Below, one piece after another: positions 20,389-29,555 of a stretch of DNA of 64,000 bases. Origin of the DNA: Nitrospinaceae bacterium (GTDB lineage Bacteria; Nitrospinota; Nitrospinia; Nitrospinales; Nitrospinaceae); contig OZ245011.1 in assembly GCA_965223665.1 (NCBI GenBank), forward strand, positions 704,001 to 768,000, in the 5' to 3' direction. Positions within the stretch are counted from its first letter, which is position 1; every line of letters starts with the position of its first letter. The notes beneath the pieces were generated by a model that searched no databases, was not told the origin of the DNA, and saw only the letters and a program-made list of their open reading frames with translations. Made by a program: the position numbers and the translations under genes.

Positions 20389-21111
20389 ATGCAAATAACC
20401 AAAAATTCAAAAGGATTTTCTAAGCAAATTCAAAATATGTTCAGTGCTATAGCTCCTCGATATGACTTTTTGAATAAATTGTTGAGTTTTGGCCTGGATA
20501 GTTATTGGAGAAAAAGAGCAATTAAAAAATTAAATCCGCAACCGGGTCAAACTATACTGGACCTGGCAACCGGGACAGCGGATATTGCAATTGAAATTGC
20601 GAGAGAAATTTCTCCCAAAACTGCAAAAATTATTGGAGTAGACTTTAGTCCTGAAATGTTGGTATATGGGAATAAAAAAATTAAAGCCGCAAAATTTGAG
20701 GAAACAATTGAACTTTTGGAGGGTAAAGCTGAGTCTTTAGAGTTTAAAGATCACACCTTTGATAGTTTGGCCGTGGCTTTTGGCGTGAGAAACTTTTCAG
20801 ATTTAGAGAAAGGTTTGTTAGAGATGTATAGAGTTTTAAAGCCAAATGGATCGGCTGTTATTCTTGAGTTTTCTTTTCCTAAAAGCTTGTTTTTAAAAAG
20901 AATTTATAAATTTTACTTTAATAAAGTATTGCCCCTAATCGGAAACTTAATTTCAAGGCATAATGAAGCCTATACCTATTTACCTCAATCGGTAGGACAG
21001 TTCCCAAGCGGCTCTGAATTAATAAATATTTTAGAAAAAATTGGTTTTAAAAAAGCAAATTCACGCCAGTTGACCTTTGGGATTGTGACTATGTACAATG
21101 CTATAAAGTAA
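20389..21111 (+). CDS. ubiE: UbiE/MenG C-methyltransferase
   Basis: MFSAIAPRYDFLN, LDLATGTAD, AFGVRN, AYTYLPQS. Confidence 0.92.
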   Translation: MQITKNSKGFSKQIQNMFSAIAPRYDFLNKLLSFGLDSYWRKRAIKKLNPQPGQTILDLATGTADIAIEIAREISPKTAKIIGVDFSPEMLVYGNKKIKAAKFEETIELLEGKAESLEFKDHTFDSLAVAFGVRNFSDLEKGLLEMYRVLKPNGSAVILEFSFPKSLFLKRIYKFYFNKVLPLIGNLISRHNEAYTYLPQSVGQFPSGSELINILEKIGFKKANSRQLTFGIVTMYNAIK

Positions 21112-21137
21112 TTTATTTGAATTAAAAGATTAATTAT

Positions 21138-22304
21138 ATGAAAAAGTGGTTTTTTTTAGTTTTTTGGATTTTGTTCATGTGCTCCCTGTTGATCACACAA
21201 AAGGGAGGATGGACATGGGATATCTTTAAACCTGCTGCCACTCCCATTGAGACAATTGATTACCACCCCTACTCTTCTCTCAAGGGATACGATGATATCT
21301 TAAAATTACAAAAAGCTTTTATTCGAAATTCAAAAATTATTAAACCATCCGTAGTTAGCATCAATAATTTAAAGGAAATTCCTTCTAAAATTTCATTTGA
21401 TCAAATATTTCGTGGAGACCCAGACAAATGGTTTAAAAAATTCAGAAAATGGACCGTTGAAAAAATACGTCGAAAATATCAAATGGAAAGTTTGGGTTCA
21501 GGAGTTATTTATGACAATAGAGGGTATATCTTAACTAACTTTCACGTTATAGAAAATACAGATCAAATCCTTGTTAAAACATCAGACAATCGCGAGTTTT
21601 CTGCCCGAATTATAGGAATTGATCCTCTGACAGATTTAGCTGTTTTAAAAATATTTTCTTTTGCTGATTTTGCTGTCCCCCAATTCGGAGAATCTCAAAA
21701 ATTAAATGTAGGCAATTGGGTAATGGCAATTGGAAACCCTTATGGTCTTGAAGGAACAGTTACCGTTGGGGTGGTAAGTGGTATTGAAAGATCTGATTTG
21801 GGGATTGCTACTTTTGAGAATTTTATTCAAACTGATGCATCCATTAATCCGGGAAATAGTGGTGGCCCTTTAATAGATTTGGATGGCAAAATTATTGGAA
21901 TAAACAGTGCTATTGCAGAATTGGGTGCCGGAGTTGGTTTTGCAATTCCAATTGAAATGGCTCTTAAAGTTGCGGAAGCTTTAATTGAAAATGGAGAAGT
22001 ACAAAGAGGTTGGCTAGGAGTAGGAATTCAACCATTAACTCCGGATTTGGCCGAATCCTTTAAAATATCTAAAACCAAAACCGGGGTTTTGGTCAATAGT
22101 TTAGATGAAGGTGCTCCCGCGGAACAGGCAGGGATTCTGCAAGGTGACGTTATTATTAATTACGATGGCAAGGCAGTAAAAAGTCTAAAAATTTTACAGC
22201 AATACGTGGCAGAAACTCAAATTGGAAAGTCTGTCCCAGTTAAAATCCTTCGAGATGGTATGGAGAAAGTTGTTATTGTCAAGGTCGGGAAAAACCTCTC
22301 CTGA
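21138..22304 (+). CDS. HtrA/DegQ-family serine protease with one PDZ domain
   Basis: TNFHV, DLAVL, QTDASINPGNSGG, GWLGV. Confidence 0.93.
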   Translation: MKKWFFLVFWILFMCSLLITQKGGWTWDIFKPAATPIETIDYHPYSSLKGYDDILKLQKAFIRNSKIIKPSVVSINNLKEIPSKISFDQIFRGDPDKWFKKFRKWTVEKIRRKYQMESLGSGVIYDNRGYILTNFHVIENTDQILVKTSDNREFSARIIGIDPLTDLAVLKIFSFADFAVPQFGESQKLNVGNWVMAIGNPYGLEGTVTVGVVSGIERSDLGIATFENFIQTDASINPGNSGGPLIDLDGKIIGINSAIAELGAGVGFAIPIEMALKVAEALIENGEVQRGWLGVGIQPLTPDLAESFKISKTKTGVLVNSLDEGAPAEQAGILQGDVIINYDGKAVKSLKILQQYVAETQIGKSVPVKILRDGMEKVVIVKVGKNLS

Positions 22305-22321
22305 TTTTTAACTGATTGATA

Positions 22322-22534
22322 CTATGATTTTATAACTTCGAAACCTGCACTTTGAATTTTAGAAGAGATTTCTTCAAGATCAATTTGAGTGTCATCATAA
22401 TCCACATTGACCTGTTTTTTTTCCAGATCAACCAAAACACTTTTAATTCCACTCAAGCTGTTAACTGAATCCTTCACTGTTTCTACGCAATGACCACATG
22501 TCATTCCTTCTACATTAATAATTTCGTTAGGCAT
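22322..22534 (-). CDS. copZ: Copper chaperone (HMA domain)
   Basis: MPNEIINVEGMTCGHC; likely start ATG 22534 (ORF track extends to 22648). Confidence 0.88.
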   Translation of the reverse strand: MPNEIINVEGMTCGHCVETVKDSVNSLSGIKSVLVDLEKKQVNVDYDDTQIDLEEISSKIQSAGFEVIKS

Positions 22535-22583
22535 AAATATTCCTTTGAATATAAACAAATTTAAGAAAGAATGTAAGTTAACA

Positions 22584-23027
22584 TTATTGGACTTTGGTCT
22601 CAAGAAAGCTTTGAAGGCCAAAAACATCATCAGTACCAATACGGACAACTTTAGTTTTTAGCTGAAGCTTTACACAATCGTGGCCCCAAAGATTGTATAT
22701 CCAACCTCGACCAGGAATGTAATGGATTCCTCCTCCATCAAGCCAATCCGATTTGCCAATTTCAACGGATTTAATGGAGTTATAGGGAATTCTTAGGCTG
22801 AATACAGGTAAGGGACCATATCGAAGTTTTAAACTTTCTCCTTCATCTTTAACATTTAAATATTGGAAACAAAAACCCAAAAAAAACATCAAACTGGCTA
22901 AAGATAATCCTCCTACAATTATTTGTCTTGTATCCCTAAAATAAAAGGCAATAAAACCGAAGATAATTCCTATGGAAAAAAGTATTAAATGAACAGGAGC
23001 TTTTTGGGTATGGTCATAAGAAGCCAT
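22584..23027 (-). CDS. Membrane hypothetical protein (2 TM + soluble domain)
   Basis: Two hydrophobic helices, GGGIH...GWIYN...RIGTDD. Confidence 0.7.
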   Translation of the reverse strand: MASYDHTQKAPVHLILFSIGIIFGFIAFYFRDTRQIIVGGLSLASLMFFLGFCFQYLNVKDEGESLKLRYGPLPVFSLRIPYNSIKSVEIGKSDWLDGGGIHYIPGRGWIYNLWGHDCVKLQLKTKVVRIGTDDVFGLQSFLETKVQ

Positions 23028-23039
23028 ATTCTTTGCTCA

Positions 23040-23110
23040 AAAAAGTTAGACCCGCTGGCAAGGCGGGGAGACCTTTCCTCAAGCGGGTCTAAACAGGAGA
23101 AAAACTACTT
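23040..23110 (-). ncRNA. Candidate ~70-nt small RNA or attenuated leader
   Basis: Upstream TTGAAA-N17-TATAAT (23145-23117, minus); 11-bp stem TTAGACCCGCT/AGCGGGTCTAA followed by U-tract; unpaired TCTCCT. Confidence 0.45.
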
Positions 23111-23247
23111 ATTTAAATTATATGACTATAAGAATAATATTTCAACAAACAAAGACTATTTTAACCGTTAAAAATCAATAGCTTAAAATAAAGAAGGTTG
23201 AAAAATCGGTCTCAAGACAGAAGTTTCATTTTTCCCTCCCTAAACTT

Positions 23248-23274
23248 TAAAGATTATTTCTATTGAACCGTAAA
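23248..23274 (+). promoter_or_regulatory. Sigma28 (FliA)-type promoter of flagellin
   Basis: TAAA-N15-ACCGTAAA vs consensus TAAA-N15-GCCGATAA, upstream of fliC-flgM. Confidence 0.6.
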
Positions 23275-23300
23275 TATTAATTGAGTGGGCCAAGAGGGCC

Positions 23301-23342
23301 TTTCAAGGATGAAATACTCATTGCCAAATATCAAGGAGGATA
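23301..23342 (+). promoter_or_regulatory. Two GGA-loop hairpins (CsrA-type sites) in flagellin leader
   Basis: TTTCA-AGGA-TGAAA and TATC-AAGGAG-GATA (covers RBS). Confidence 0.55.
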
Positions 23343-23344
23343 AA

Positions 23345-24199
23345 TTGGCACTTCGAATCTTCAACAACCTACCCTCGCTTTCTGCGCAAAGACTCTTAGG
23401 AGTTAATAATAGCCGCATAAATAAAAATGTTGCTCGCGTTGCCTCAGGTCAAAGAATTATAAGTTCAGCAGACGATGCTGCAGGATTGGCCATTTCAGAA
23501 GGTTTACGATCAGACACTAGAGTCCTCAAGCAAGGTGTCCGAAATTTGAATGACGGGATTGCTTTGATTAACGTAATGGATGGAGCTTTAGCTGAACAAT
23601 CTAGTATTTTAATAAGACTTAGGGAAATTGCCTCACAAGCCGCTACGGGTAATATAGGTACTATAGAGCGCGGTACGATTGATCTTGAGTTTAAACAATT
23701 AAGAAATGAGTTTGACCGAATTGGAAGTGTAACCGAATTTAATGGCCTTCGCCTTCTGGATGGGACGTTATCCATTTCAAGTTCAAATCCGATCTTAATT
23801 CATGTAGGTTTAAATTCTGAAGAAGATAGCCGATTTAACTTAAACAGGGAATTAGATATTCCACCACTAAATTCACAAGCGTTAAATTTTAGCAGTGATA
23901 GTGTGAATACATCCGGTAATGCACTAATGGCTATGGATAAATTAGAGCCAAATATTAAAAAAATTAGCGAAATTCGATCAAGTATTGGAGGAACACAACA
24001 AAGAGTTTTAAAAGCACTAAACAACTTAAATGTTTCGATAGAAAATTTATCTGCGGCAGAAAATCAAGTTCGAGGCACTGATTTTGTTGGAGAACTTGTA
24101 TCATTAACTCGAAATCGAATTCTGGTGGAATCAGCAACCGCAATGGTCGGACAAGCTAACTTAAACCCACAAGGAGTTCTTCAATTAGTCCAATCATAA
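23345..24199 (+). CDS. fliC: Flagellin
   Basis: TTG start after AAGGAGGA; (M)ALRIFNN, ADDAAGLAIS, TEFNG, RSSIGGTQQR, QANLNPQGVLQL. Confidence 0.92.
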   Translation: MALRIFNNLPSLSAQRLLGVNNSRINKNVARVASGQRIISSADDAAGLAISEGLRSDTRVLKQGVRNLNDGIALINVMDGALAEQSSILIRLREIASQAATGNIGTIERGTIDLEFKQLRNEFDRIGSVTEFNGLRLLDGTLSISSSNPILIHVGLNSEEDSRFNLNRELDIPPLNSQALNFSSDSVNTSGNALMAMDKLEPNIKKISEIRSSIGGTQQRVLKALNNLNVSIENLSAAENQVRGTDFVGELVSLTRNRILVESATAMVGQANLNPQGVLQLVQS

Positions 24200-24203
24200 A
24201 AAT

Positions 24204-24500
24204 ATGAATGAAATTCAACCGACTTCCAAAACAGATAGAAACGACCCATTAAGAAAACCACAATCTAAGAAAAAATCTGAAGATCCTGTTAAAGAAAGTA
24301 AGATTGAAGATAAAGTAAGTTTATCCAATATTGCAAAAAAGGAAGAAGTACCTAAAAGAAATTCCACAGAAATTAGACACGATTTAGTTAAAAAATTTCA
24401 GGGATATTTAAAGGATGGAGCTTATTCTATTAAAGCAAATGAGATTGCTGATAAAATTGTTCAAAAAATTAAAGAAAACAAAAATCGAGCTTTTTTCTAA
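24204..24500 (+). CDS. flgM: Anti-sigma28 factor FlgM
   Basis: DKVSLS, EIRHDLV...GAYSIKANEIADKI; directly after fliC. Confidence 0.8.
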   Translation: MNEIQPTSKTDRNDPLRKPQSKKKSEDPVKESKIEDKVSLSNIAKKEEVPKRNSTEIRHDLVKKFQGYLKDGAYSIKANEIADKIVQKIKENKNRAFF

Positions 24501-24530
24501 GACACTTATTCAATACAAACTAAACTATAA

Positions 24531-25049
24531 TTAAACGGTCCTTACCTGGACTAAATTTGGGAAATTGCCCTCCTCCTTGAGTTTTTCCTCCCAACGCTTT
24601 CCTAATTTATTAGCGCGTAAATCCACTTTTTCTAATTTTGATAGGGTTGTTGAATTTGAAAACGTTAATAATCCTTTTCTGGTAATCAAATTACTTCTTA
24701 CATCCAACTCTATCAGTTGGTTAAATATAGGAGATTTGCCTATAGCATCGAGGCCTTCATCGCCTATTTGATTTTGCCGCAAGTCTAATATTTCCAATTT
24801 TTCTAGAGGAGGATACATGCTTATATATGCAGCTTCCAGTGGATTAATCTCCATATTTGCTAATTTAAGAACCTTAGGGTTGCTGGAAAGACGACTTTGA
24901 ATATAGATTTCCAAGGTGGAAATTTTTCTTTTTTTAATAGGTATTATTTTAGAATCAATATAATCATTAATTTTGTCCAAATCGCCCTTCATTGAATAAA
25001 ATAACTCAACAATTAAATCTTGATTCATACATTTCCTTTTAAAATTCAA
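24531..25049 (-). CDS. Leucine-rich repeat protein
   Basis: LEILDLRQNQIGDEG, LIELDVRSNLITRKG, LEKVDLRANKLG. Confidence 0.8.
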   Translation of the reverse strand: MNFKRKCMNQDLIVELFYSMKGDLDKINDYIDSKIIPIKKRKISTLEIYIQSRLSSNPKVLKLANMEINPLEAAYISMYPPLEKLEILDLRQNQIGDEGLDAIGKSPIFNQLIELDVRSNLITRKGLLTFSNSTTLSKLEKVDLRANKLGKRWEEKLKEEGNFPNLVQVRTV

Positions 25050-25214
25050 TACTAAAAAAGTAATTTAATCAAATCCCCATGTTACTCATTGGGTTTCAAC
25101 CCATTTTATGTGACCAATCTGGAAAGTCAATCAACCTTGATTAAATTGTTGGTTTTTCTTGATTATTTGCTATACTCAGGCAACTTTTTAGAATTTCATG
25201 TCGGAGATTTAGTT

Positions 25215-25493
25215 ATGATGGGTATTGGTTTTCCTGAATTAATGATAATTCTGGTAATAATAATGATCATTTTTGGTGCCGGGAAATTACCTCAAATCGG
25301 GTCTGCCTTCGGGCAAAGTATTAAAAACTTTAAAAGTTCAATGAAAGAAGCAGAAGAATTGGATGCTTCTGCAGAGAATCCACAAGTGGAAGAAGGAGAG
25401 GAAACTAAATCCGTTCCTGAAACTACGGGTGAAAATGAGAATGATACAGTTAAAGATTCGAGCCCTGTTTCTGAACCTGCAGAAAAGAAATAA
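25215..25493 (+). CDS. tatA: Twin-arginine translocase TatA/E
   Basis: MMGIGFPELMIILVIIMIIFGAGKLPQIG; ATG 25215 after GGAG. Confidence 0.92.
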   Translation: MMGIGFPELMIILVIIMIIFGAGKLPQIGSAFGQSIKNFKSSMKEAEELDASAENPQVEEGEETKSVPETTGENENDTVKDSSPVSEPAEKK

Positions 25494-25595
25494 TTTTCAG
25501 TATTTTTTTCTTGTTTTCACATCTGTTTTTTTAATCCACCCCTAAATCATTGGAAAGTTCTTTAGGGTCTTATCTAGATTAACCTGAAGTCTTGA

Positions 25596-26333
25596 ATGTC
25601 TGATGCACTCCGCTTTTTTTTAAAAAAATTCCTATCTGCTTTTGGGGATGTCCTTCCCATTATTTTAATCATTTCGCTTTTTCAAATTTTTGTAATTCAA
25701 AAGCCTTTTCCAAACCCAAAAGAAACCTTTGTTGGAATTTTTTTAGTAGTGTTAGGTCTGTTTATCTTTATTCAAGGTCTTGAGTCGGCTTTGTTTCCTA
25801 TTGGGGAACGCATGGCCAATGAATTTGCTAAGAAGGGGAATGTTGCCTGGGTTATTATTTTTGGCTTTACCTTAGGATTTTCCACTACTATTGCTGAGCC
25901 GGCTTTAACGGTCATTGCGCAAAAAGCTGGCCAAATTGCTGCAGAAGCTGGGGCTATAAATAAAATAGATAGCGAAATTAATAATTTTATTTTAGGACTA
26001 CGCATCACTATAGCTATAGCAGTAGGAATAGCCGGCGGTTTAGGTGTGATTCGCATCATTGCAGGTTGGCCCCTGATACATTTTATAATTGCTGGCTATG
26101 GATTAATTATTCTAGTCACTCTATTTGCCCCAAAGGAGATAATTGGAATAGCGTACGATGCAGGTGGAATTACAACATCAACAATAACGGTTCCCTTAAT
26201 TACAGCCCTAGGTGTTGGTTTGGCTTCCACTTTAAGAGGAAGAAACCCTTTATTAGATGGTTTTGGCATAATTGCCTTAGCCAGTTTAACACCAATTTTG
26301 ATGGTAATGATTTTTGGAATAATTGTTCTTTAA
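25596..26333 (+). CDS. DUF1538 family membrane protein
   Basis: GLE..LFPIG, TTIAEPAL, AYDAGGITT, DGFG..ALASL. Confidence 0.85.
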   Translation: MSDALRFFLKKFLSAFGDVLPIILIISLFQIFVIQKPFPNPKETFVGIFLVVLGLFIFIQGLESALFPIGERMANEFAKKGNVAWVIIFGFTLGFSTTIAEPALTVIAQKAGQIAAEAGAINKIDSEINNFILGLRITIAIAVGIAGGLGVIRIIAGWPLIHFIIAGYGLIILVTLFAPKEIIGIAYDAGGITTSTITVPLITALGVGLASTLRGRNPLLDGFGIIALASLTPILMVMIFGIIVL

Positions 26334-26336
26334 AAA

Positions 26337-27146
26337 ATGAATGAAATTAATTATTTAAAAATTGTAACGGATTCTATTAAATTTACCCTTTGGGATGTTT
26401 TACCCATCCTTCTAGTGTTGGGGTTTTTCCAAATTTTTGTCATACGTAAAAACATTCCTCATTTAAAGCAGTTCCTGGTAGGTATGTTAATGGTAATACT
26501 GGGACTGGCTATATTTATTGTTGGACTAGAAGAATGCATTTTCCCATTGGGAACTTCTATGGCAAATCAACTTTCCAATCCTACGTTTTTAATTGGTTCA
26601 AATGAGGGAATATCGGAATTAGTAAAAACCGGAAAACGAATTGATACGCATTATTATTTTTGGATGATAGCATTTGCGTTTTGCATTGGGTTTTCTACAA
26701 CTTTAGCTGAACCTGCATTAATAGCGGTTGCTATGAAAGCCAAGGAAATTACAACAGGGGCTATTAAACCCTGGGGACTCAGAATCGCAGTAGCTTTTGG
26801 AGTAGGAATTGGAGTGGCTTTGGGTTCATACAGAATAGTAGAAGGAAGCCCTATTCAATATTACATTGTTGGTGGCTATTGTCTCCTTTTATTACAAACA
26901 TATTTTGCACCCAAATACATTATTCCTTTAGCTTATGACTCAGGAGGAGTGACTACCTCTACTGTAACAGTTCCATTAGTTGTGGCATTGGGAATTGGTT
27001 TGGCAAATAATGTACCAGAAGCTTCTCCTTTATTAGATGGGTTTGGGTTGATCGCTTTTGCTTCCCTTTTCCCTATGATTACGGTTCAGGCATATGCTAT
27101 GATCACGGCAAAACTGACTCAAAAAAATGAATCTCAAAATACCTAA
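26337..27146 (+). CDS. DUF1538 family membrane protein (paralog)
   Basis: GLEECIFPLG, TTLAEPAL, AYDSGGVTT, DGFGLIAFASL. Confidence 0.85.
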   Translation: MNEINYLKIVTDSIKFTLWDVLPILLVLGFFQIFVIRKNIPHLKQFLVGMLMVILGLAIFIVGLEECIFPLGTSMANQLSNPTFLIGSNEGISELVKTGKRIDTHYYFWMIAFAFCIGFSTTLAEPALIAVAMKAKEITTGAIKPWGLRIAVAFGVGIGVALGSYRIVEGSPIQYYIVGGYCLLLLQTYFAPKYIIPLAYDSGGVTTSTVTVPLVVALGIGLANNVPEASPLLDGFGLIAFASLFPMITVQAYAMITAKLTQKNESQNT

Positions 27147-27166
27147 TAATTTATTAGGAGTATTCT

Positions 27167-27514
27167 ATGCGTTTTAAAGTTATCCTTGCTTTAGTTAATG
27201 ATGATTTCCAAGATGATGTGATTTCAGCCGCTAAAGAAGCCGGCGCAACTGGAGTCACCATATTAAATGCTCGTGGGGAAGGTGTTCATGATCAAAAATC
27301 TTTTTTTGGCCTAACCATTGAGGCACAAAAGGATATGCTTCTATTTCTTGTTGAGGACTTTAATTCCGAAAAAATAATGGATGCAATATTTAATGCAGGA
27401 AAATTAGATCAACACGGAAATGGAATTGCATTTTCATGGGTTGTCGATCGGGCCATTGGAATGGAAAGTCAAATTCCAATTTTAGAACGTGATGCAAAGG
27501 AAAAATATTTTTAA
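27167..27514 (+). CDS. P-II-like signal transduction protein
   Basis: AAKEAGATGVTILNARGEG, GNGIAF; AGGAG RBS. Confidence 0.85.
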   Translation: MRFKVILALVNDDFQDDVISAAKEAGATGVTILNARGEGVHDQKSFFGLTIEAQKDMLLFLVEDFNSEKIMDAIFNAGKLDQHGNGIAFSWVVDRAIGMESQIPILERDAKEKYF

Positions 27515-27533
27515 TTTTGAATGGAGAGTTTGA

Positions 27534-27926
27534 ATGACAAATCCTGTTGTCATAAGCCAAATAATGATGCAAGATTTTCGAAAAATTGATGGAGTTACTA
27601 AGGTTTCTGATGTCCTCGATTTAATGAAAAAAGAAAGTATAAGCGTGGTACTGGTTGAACCTAGAGATGAAAATGACGTTTATGGGATATTAACTCTTAA
27701 AGATATTGCTAGAAAAGTAATAGCAGTTCGAAGAAAACTTCATGAAACTCATGTTTACGAAATCATGTCCAAACCCACACTTTCAATTCCATCAAATATG
27801 CCTATCCCCTATGCGGCACGCTTACTTACTAATTTTGATATTTCTTATGCAATGGTCATTGAAAATAATCAAGTGGTTGGGATGGTATCTTTGCATGGTA
27901 TTGCAACCCATTGGGAAGAGTTATAA
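27534..27926 (+). CDS. CBS-pair protein
   Basis: YGILTLKDI, VYEIMSKP, VVGMVS. Confidence 0.85.
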   Translation: MTNPVVISQIMMQDFRKIDGVTKVSDVLDLMKKESISVVLVEPRDENDVYGILTLKDIARKVIAVRRKLHETHVYEIMSKPTLSIPSNMPIPYAARLLTNFDISYAMVIENNQVVGMVSLHGIATHWEEL

Positions 27927-27937
27927 TGTTATTTCCC

Positions 27938-28555
27938 CTACCCTTTTTTTAATGAACTCCCGCTAGTACTATCCCATTTTACAGCCTCTGGGCTTGAAAC
28001 GTGTTGAGCTTCAGCCGACCAATGATCCCATGAAACATTTAATTCATTTATACGAACACATTCGTCTATCCCATGAGAACCGGAAAGGTGGGATGTAAGT
28101 TCTTTTAAGTCTTTTATATAAGTTTCCTGCTCTGATTTATATCTATCTTGAGCTTCGGCAATGTTAGCCAGTGTACTTTCTGCTTGGATGTTGTAATTAA
28201 AAATTGTTCTTCGAATTTCATCATAATCCACAAGAAAGTTAACATATGCCCAAATACACAATGGAATAACTCCCATTGCAAAAAATACTTTTTTAACGGT
28301 TTTATTGTCCAAAAGAATAGCAATTAAAAATAATATGAATCCTGCTCCCAGGGCATATAAAGAAATCTTGTCATAGATTTCTAAAGGTACAATTTTTTTT
28401 CCGCAATCAGCAACTTCACCAGTTTGACTAACGTATAAATTTAATTTTAAAAATAATAAGTCAGAAATTTGGGCATAGGTGAATTCAGGAAAAATAAAAC
28501 CACAAACAGAAAATGCCAATAAAAACATTGAAAATAATATGAATACTTTTTTCAC
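27938..28555 (-). CDS. Membrane protein with type IV pilin-like C-terminal domain
   Basis: Signal peptide, 2 TM, then YNIQAESTLANIAEAQDRYKSEQETY. Confidence 0.55.
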   Translation of the reverse strand: MKKVFILFSMFLLAFSVCGFIFPEFTYAQISDLLFLKLNLYVSQTGEVADCGKKIVPLEIYDKISLYALGAGFILFLIAILLDNKTVKKVFFAMGVIPLCIWAYVNFLVDYDEIRRTIFNYNIQAESTLANIAEAQDRYKSEQETYIKDLKELTSHLSGSHGIDECVRINELNVSWDHWSAEAQHVSSPEAVKWDSTSGSSLKKG

Positions 28556-28602
28556 AAATTTATTCTTGCTTAAGAGATTAATAAGGGAGGTATTGAGGAG
28601 AT

Positions 28603-28851
28603 CTAGTGTGCTTGACTTTTGCGAGAACCCGTAGATTTGTAAACGGAATCTGATTTTCTTCGCTTTCTATTCTGAATTCGAACCATATGTCCAAACCAGT
28701 CTTTTGTGGGATCCGATTCTCTAATAAAACTGAAGTTGCTAATTTCTTTGCATTTTGGACAGTTATAGCTATATTTATCAGAAAATCTTTTATCAAGAAC
28801 ATGCTTTATCAAGTGATGACATTTATCACATTCATAAACTTGAAGTGGCAT
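28603..28851 (-). CDS. FmdB-family zinc ribbon protein
   Basis: MPLQVYECDKCHH...CPKC. Confidence 0.7.
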   Translation of the reverse strand: MPLQVYECDKCHHLIKHVLDKRFSDKYSYNCPKCKEISNFSFIRESDPTKDWFGHMVRIQNRKRRKSDSVYKSTGSRKSQAH

Positions 28852-29128
28852 GTATTAACCCCTTATAGTCAAAAACCGCTGAACTAAGTTGACCACCTCT
28901 ACCCAAAATTTATGTTTTCAACGGTTAATTTATAAAATTATTGAGTGGCCGTCCAGTCCAATTGTTAAATTTACCTATATTATTATTAAAAATGATGTAC
29001 TTCGTTTTTTCACTAAAATAATGAAACATTATTTTTGGGGGCGAAAAATCAAAAATTTTGGCTTCAAAAACAAGTTTGAATAAGGTATTTTATTACCCAT
29101 TTTTATTATTAACTCACTGTTAAAAACG

Positions 29129-29554
29129 ATGAACGATCAATCACGATTTGTTGATAATGGCGATGGAACCATTCAGGATAATGAATCTGGGCTTGCCTGG
29201 TGTAAGAAAGATTCATTCCAAATAGAACAAGATTGGCTCACATTTCAAGAAGCCTTGGGTTTTATTGATAATCTTAACCGTCAAGATTATTTGGGATTCC
29301 ATGACTGGCGTATTCCGGAAAAAGAAGAAATCGAAAAATTATTTGGAGAAAATATGACTCTAAAGGCAAGGTCAAATCAAGACATTCATATTAGTCCTTT
29401 ATTTGAACCTGGCGGTGGGAATGGCTCTTGGTGTCTGCCTTTTGACCAGCAAGCTGCATTTTTCTTTAATTACCAAAGCGGAATTTCTCAAACCTTTGAT
29501 CAAGATTTTTCTCAAGGGTATGTCCGTCCAGTTCGGCTTTGGCCGGATGAATAA
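29129..29554 (+). CDS. DUF1566/Lcl-domain protein
   Basis: RFVDNGDGTIQD..SGLAW, GFHDWRIP, VRPVR. Confidence 0.85.
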   Translation: MNDQSRFVDNGDGTIQDNESGLAWCKKDSFQIEQDWLTFQEALGFIDNLNRQDYLGFHDWRIPEKEEIEKLFGENMTLKARSNQDIHISPLFEPGGGNGSWCLPFDQQAAFFFNYQSGISQTFDQDFSQGYVRPVRLWPDE

Positions 29555-29555
29555 A

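Noticed and set aside
23285-23344. N-terminal extension of flagellin in ORF track
   Set aside because: Strong RBS and flagellin N-terminus point to TTG at 23345; same reasoning shortens tatA (25215) and copZ (22534)
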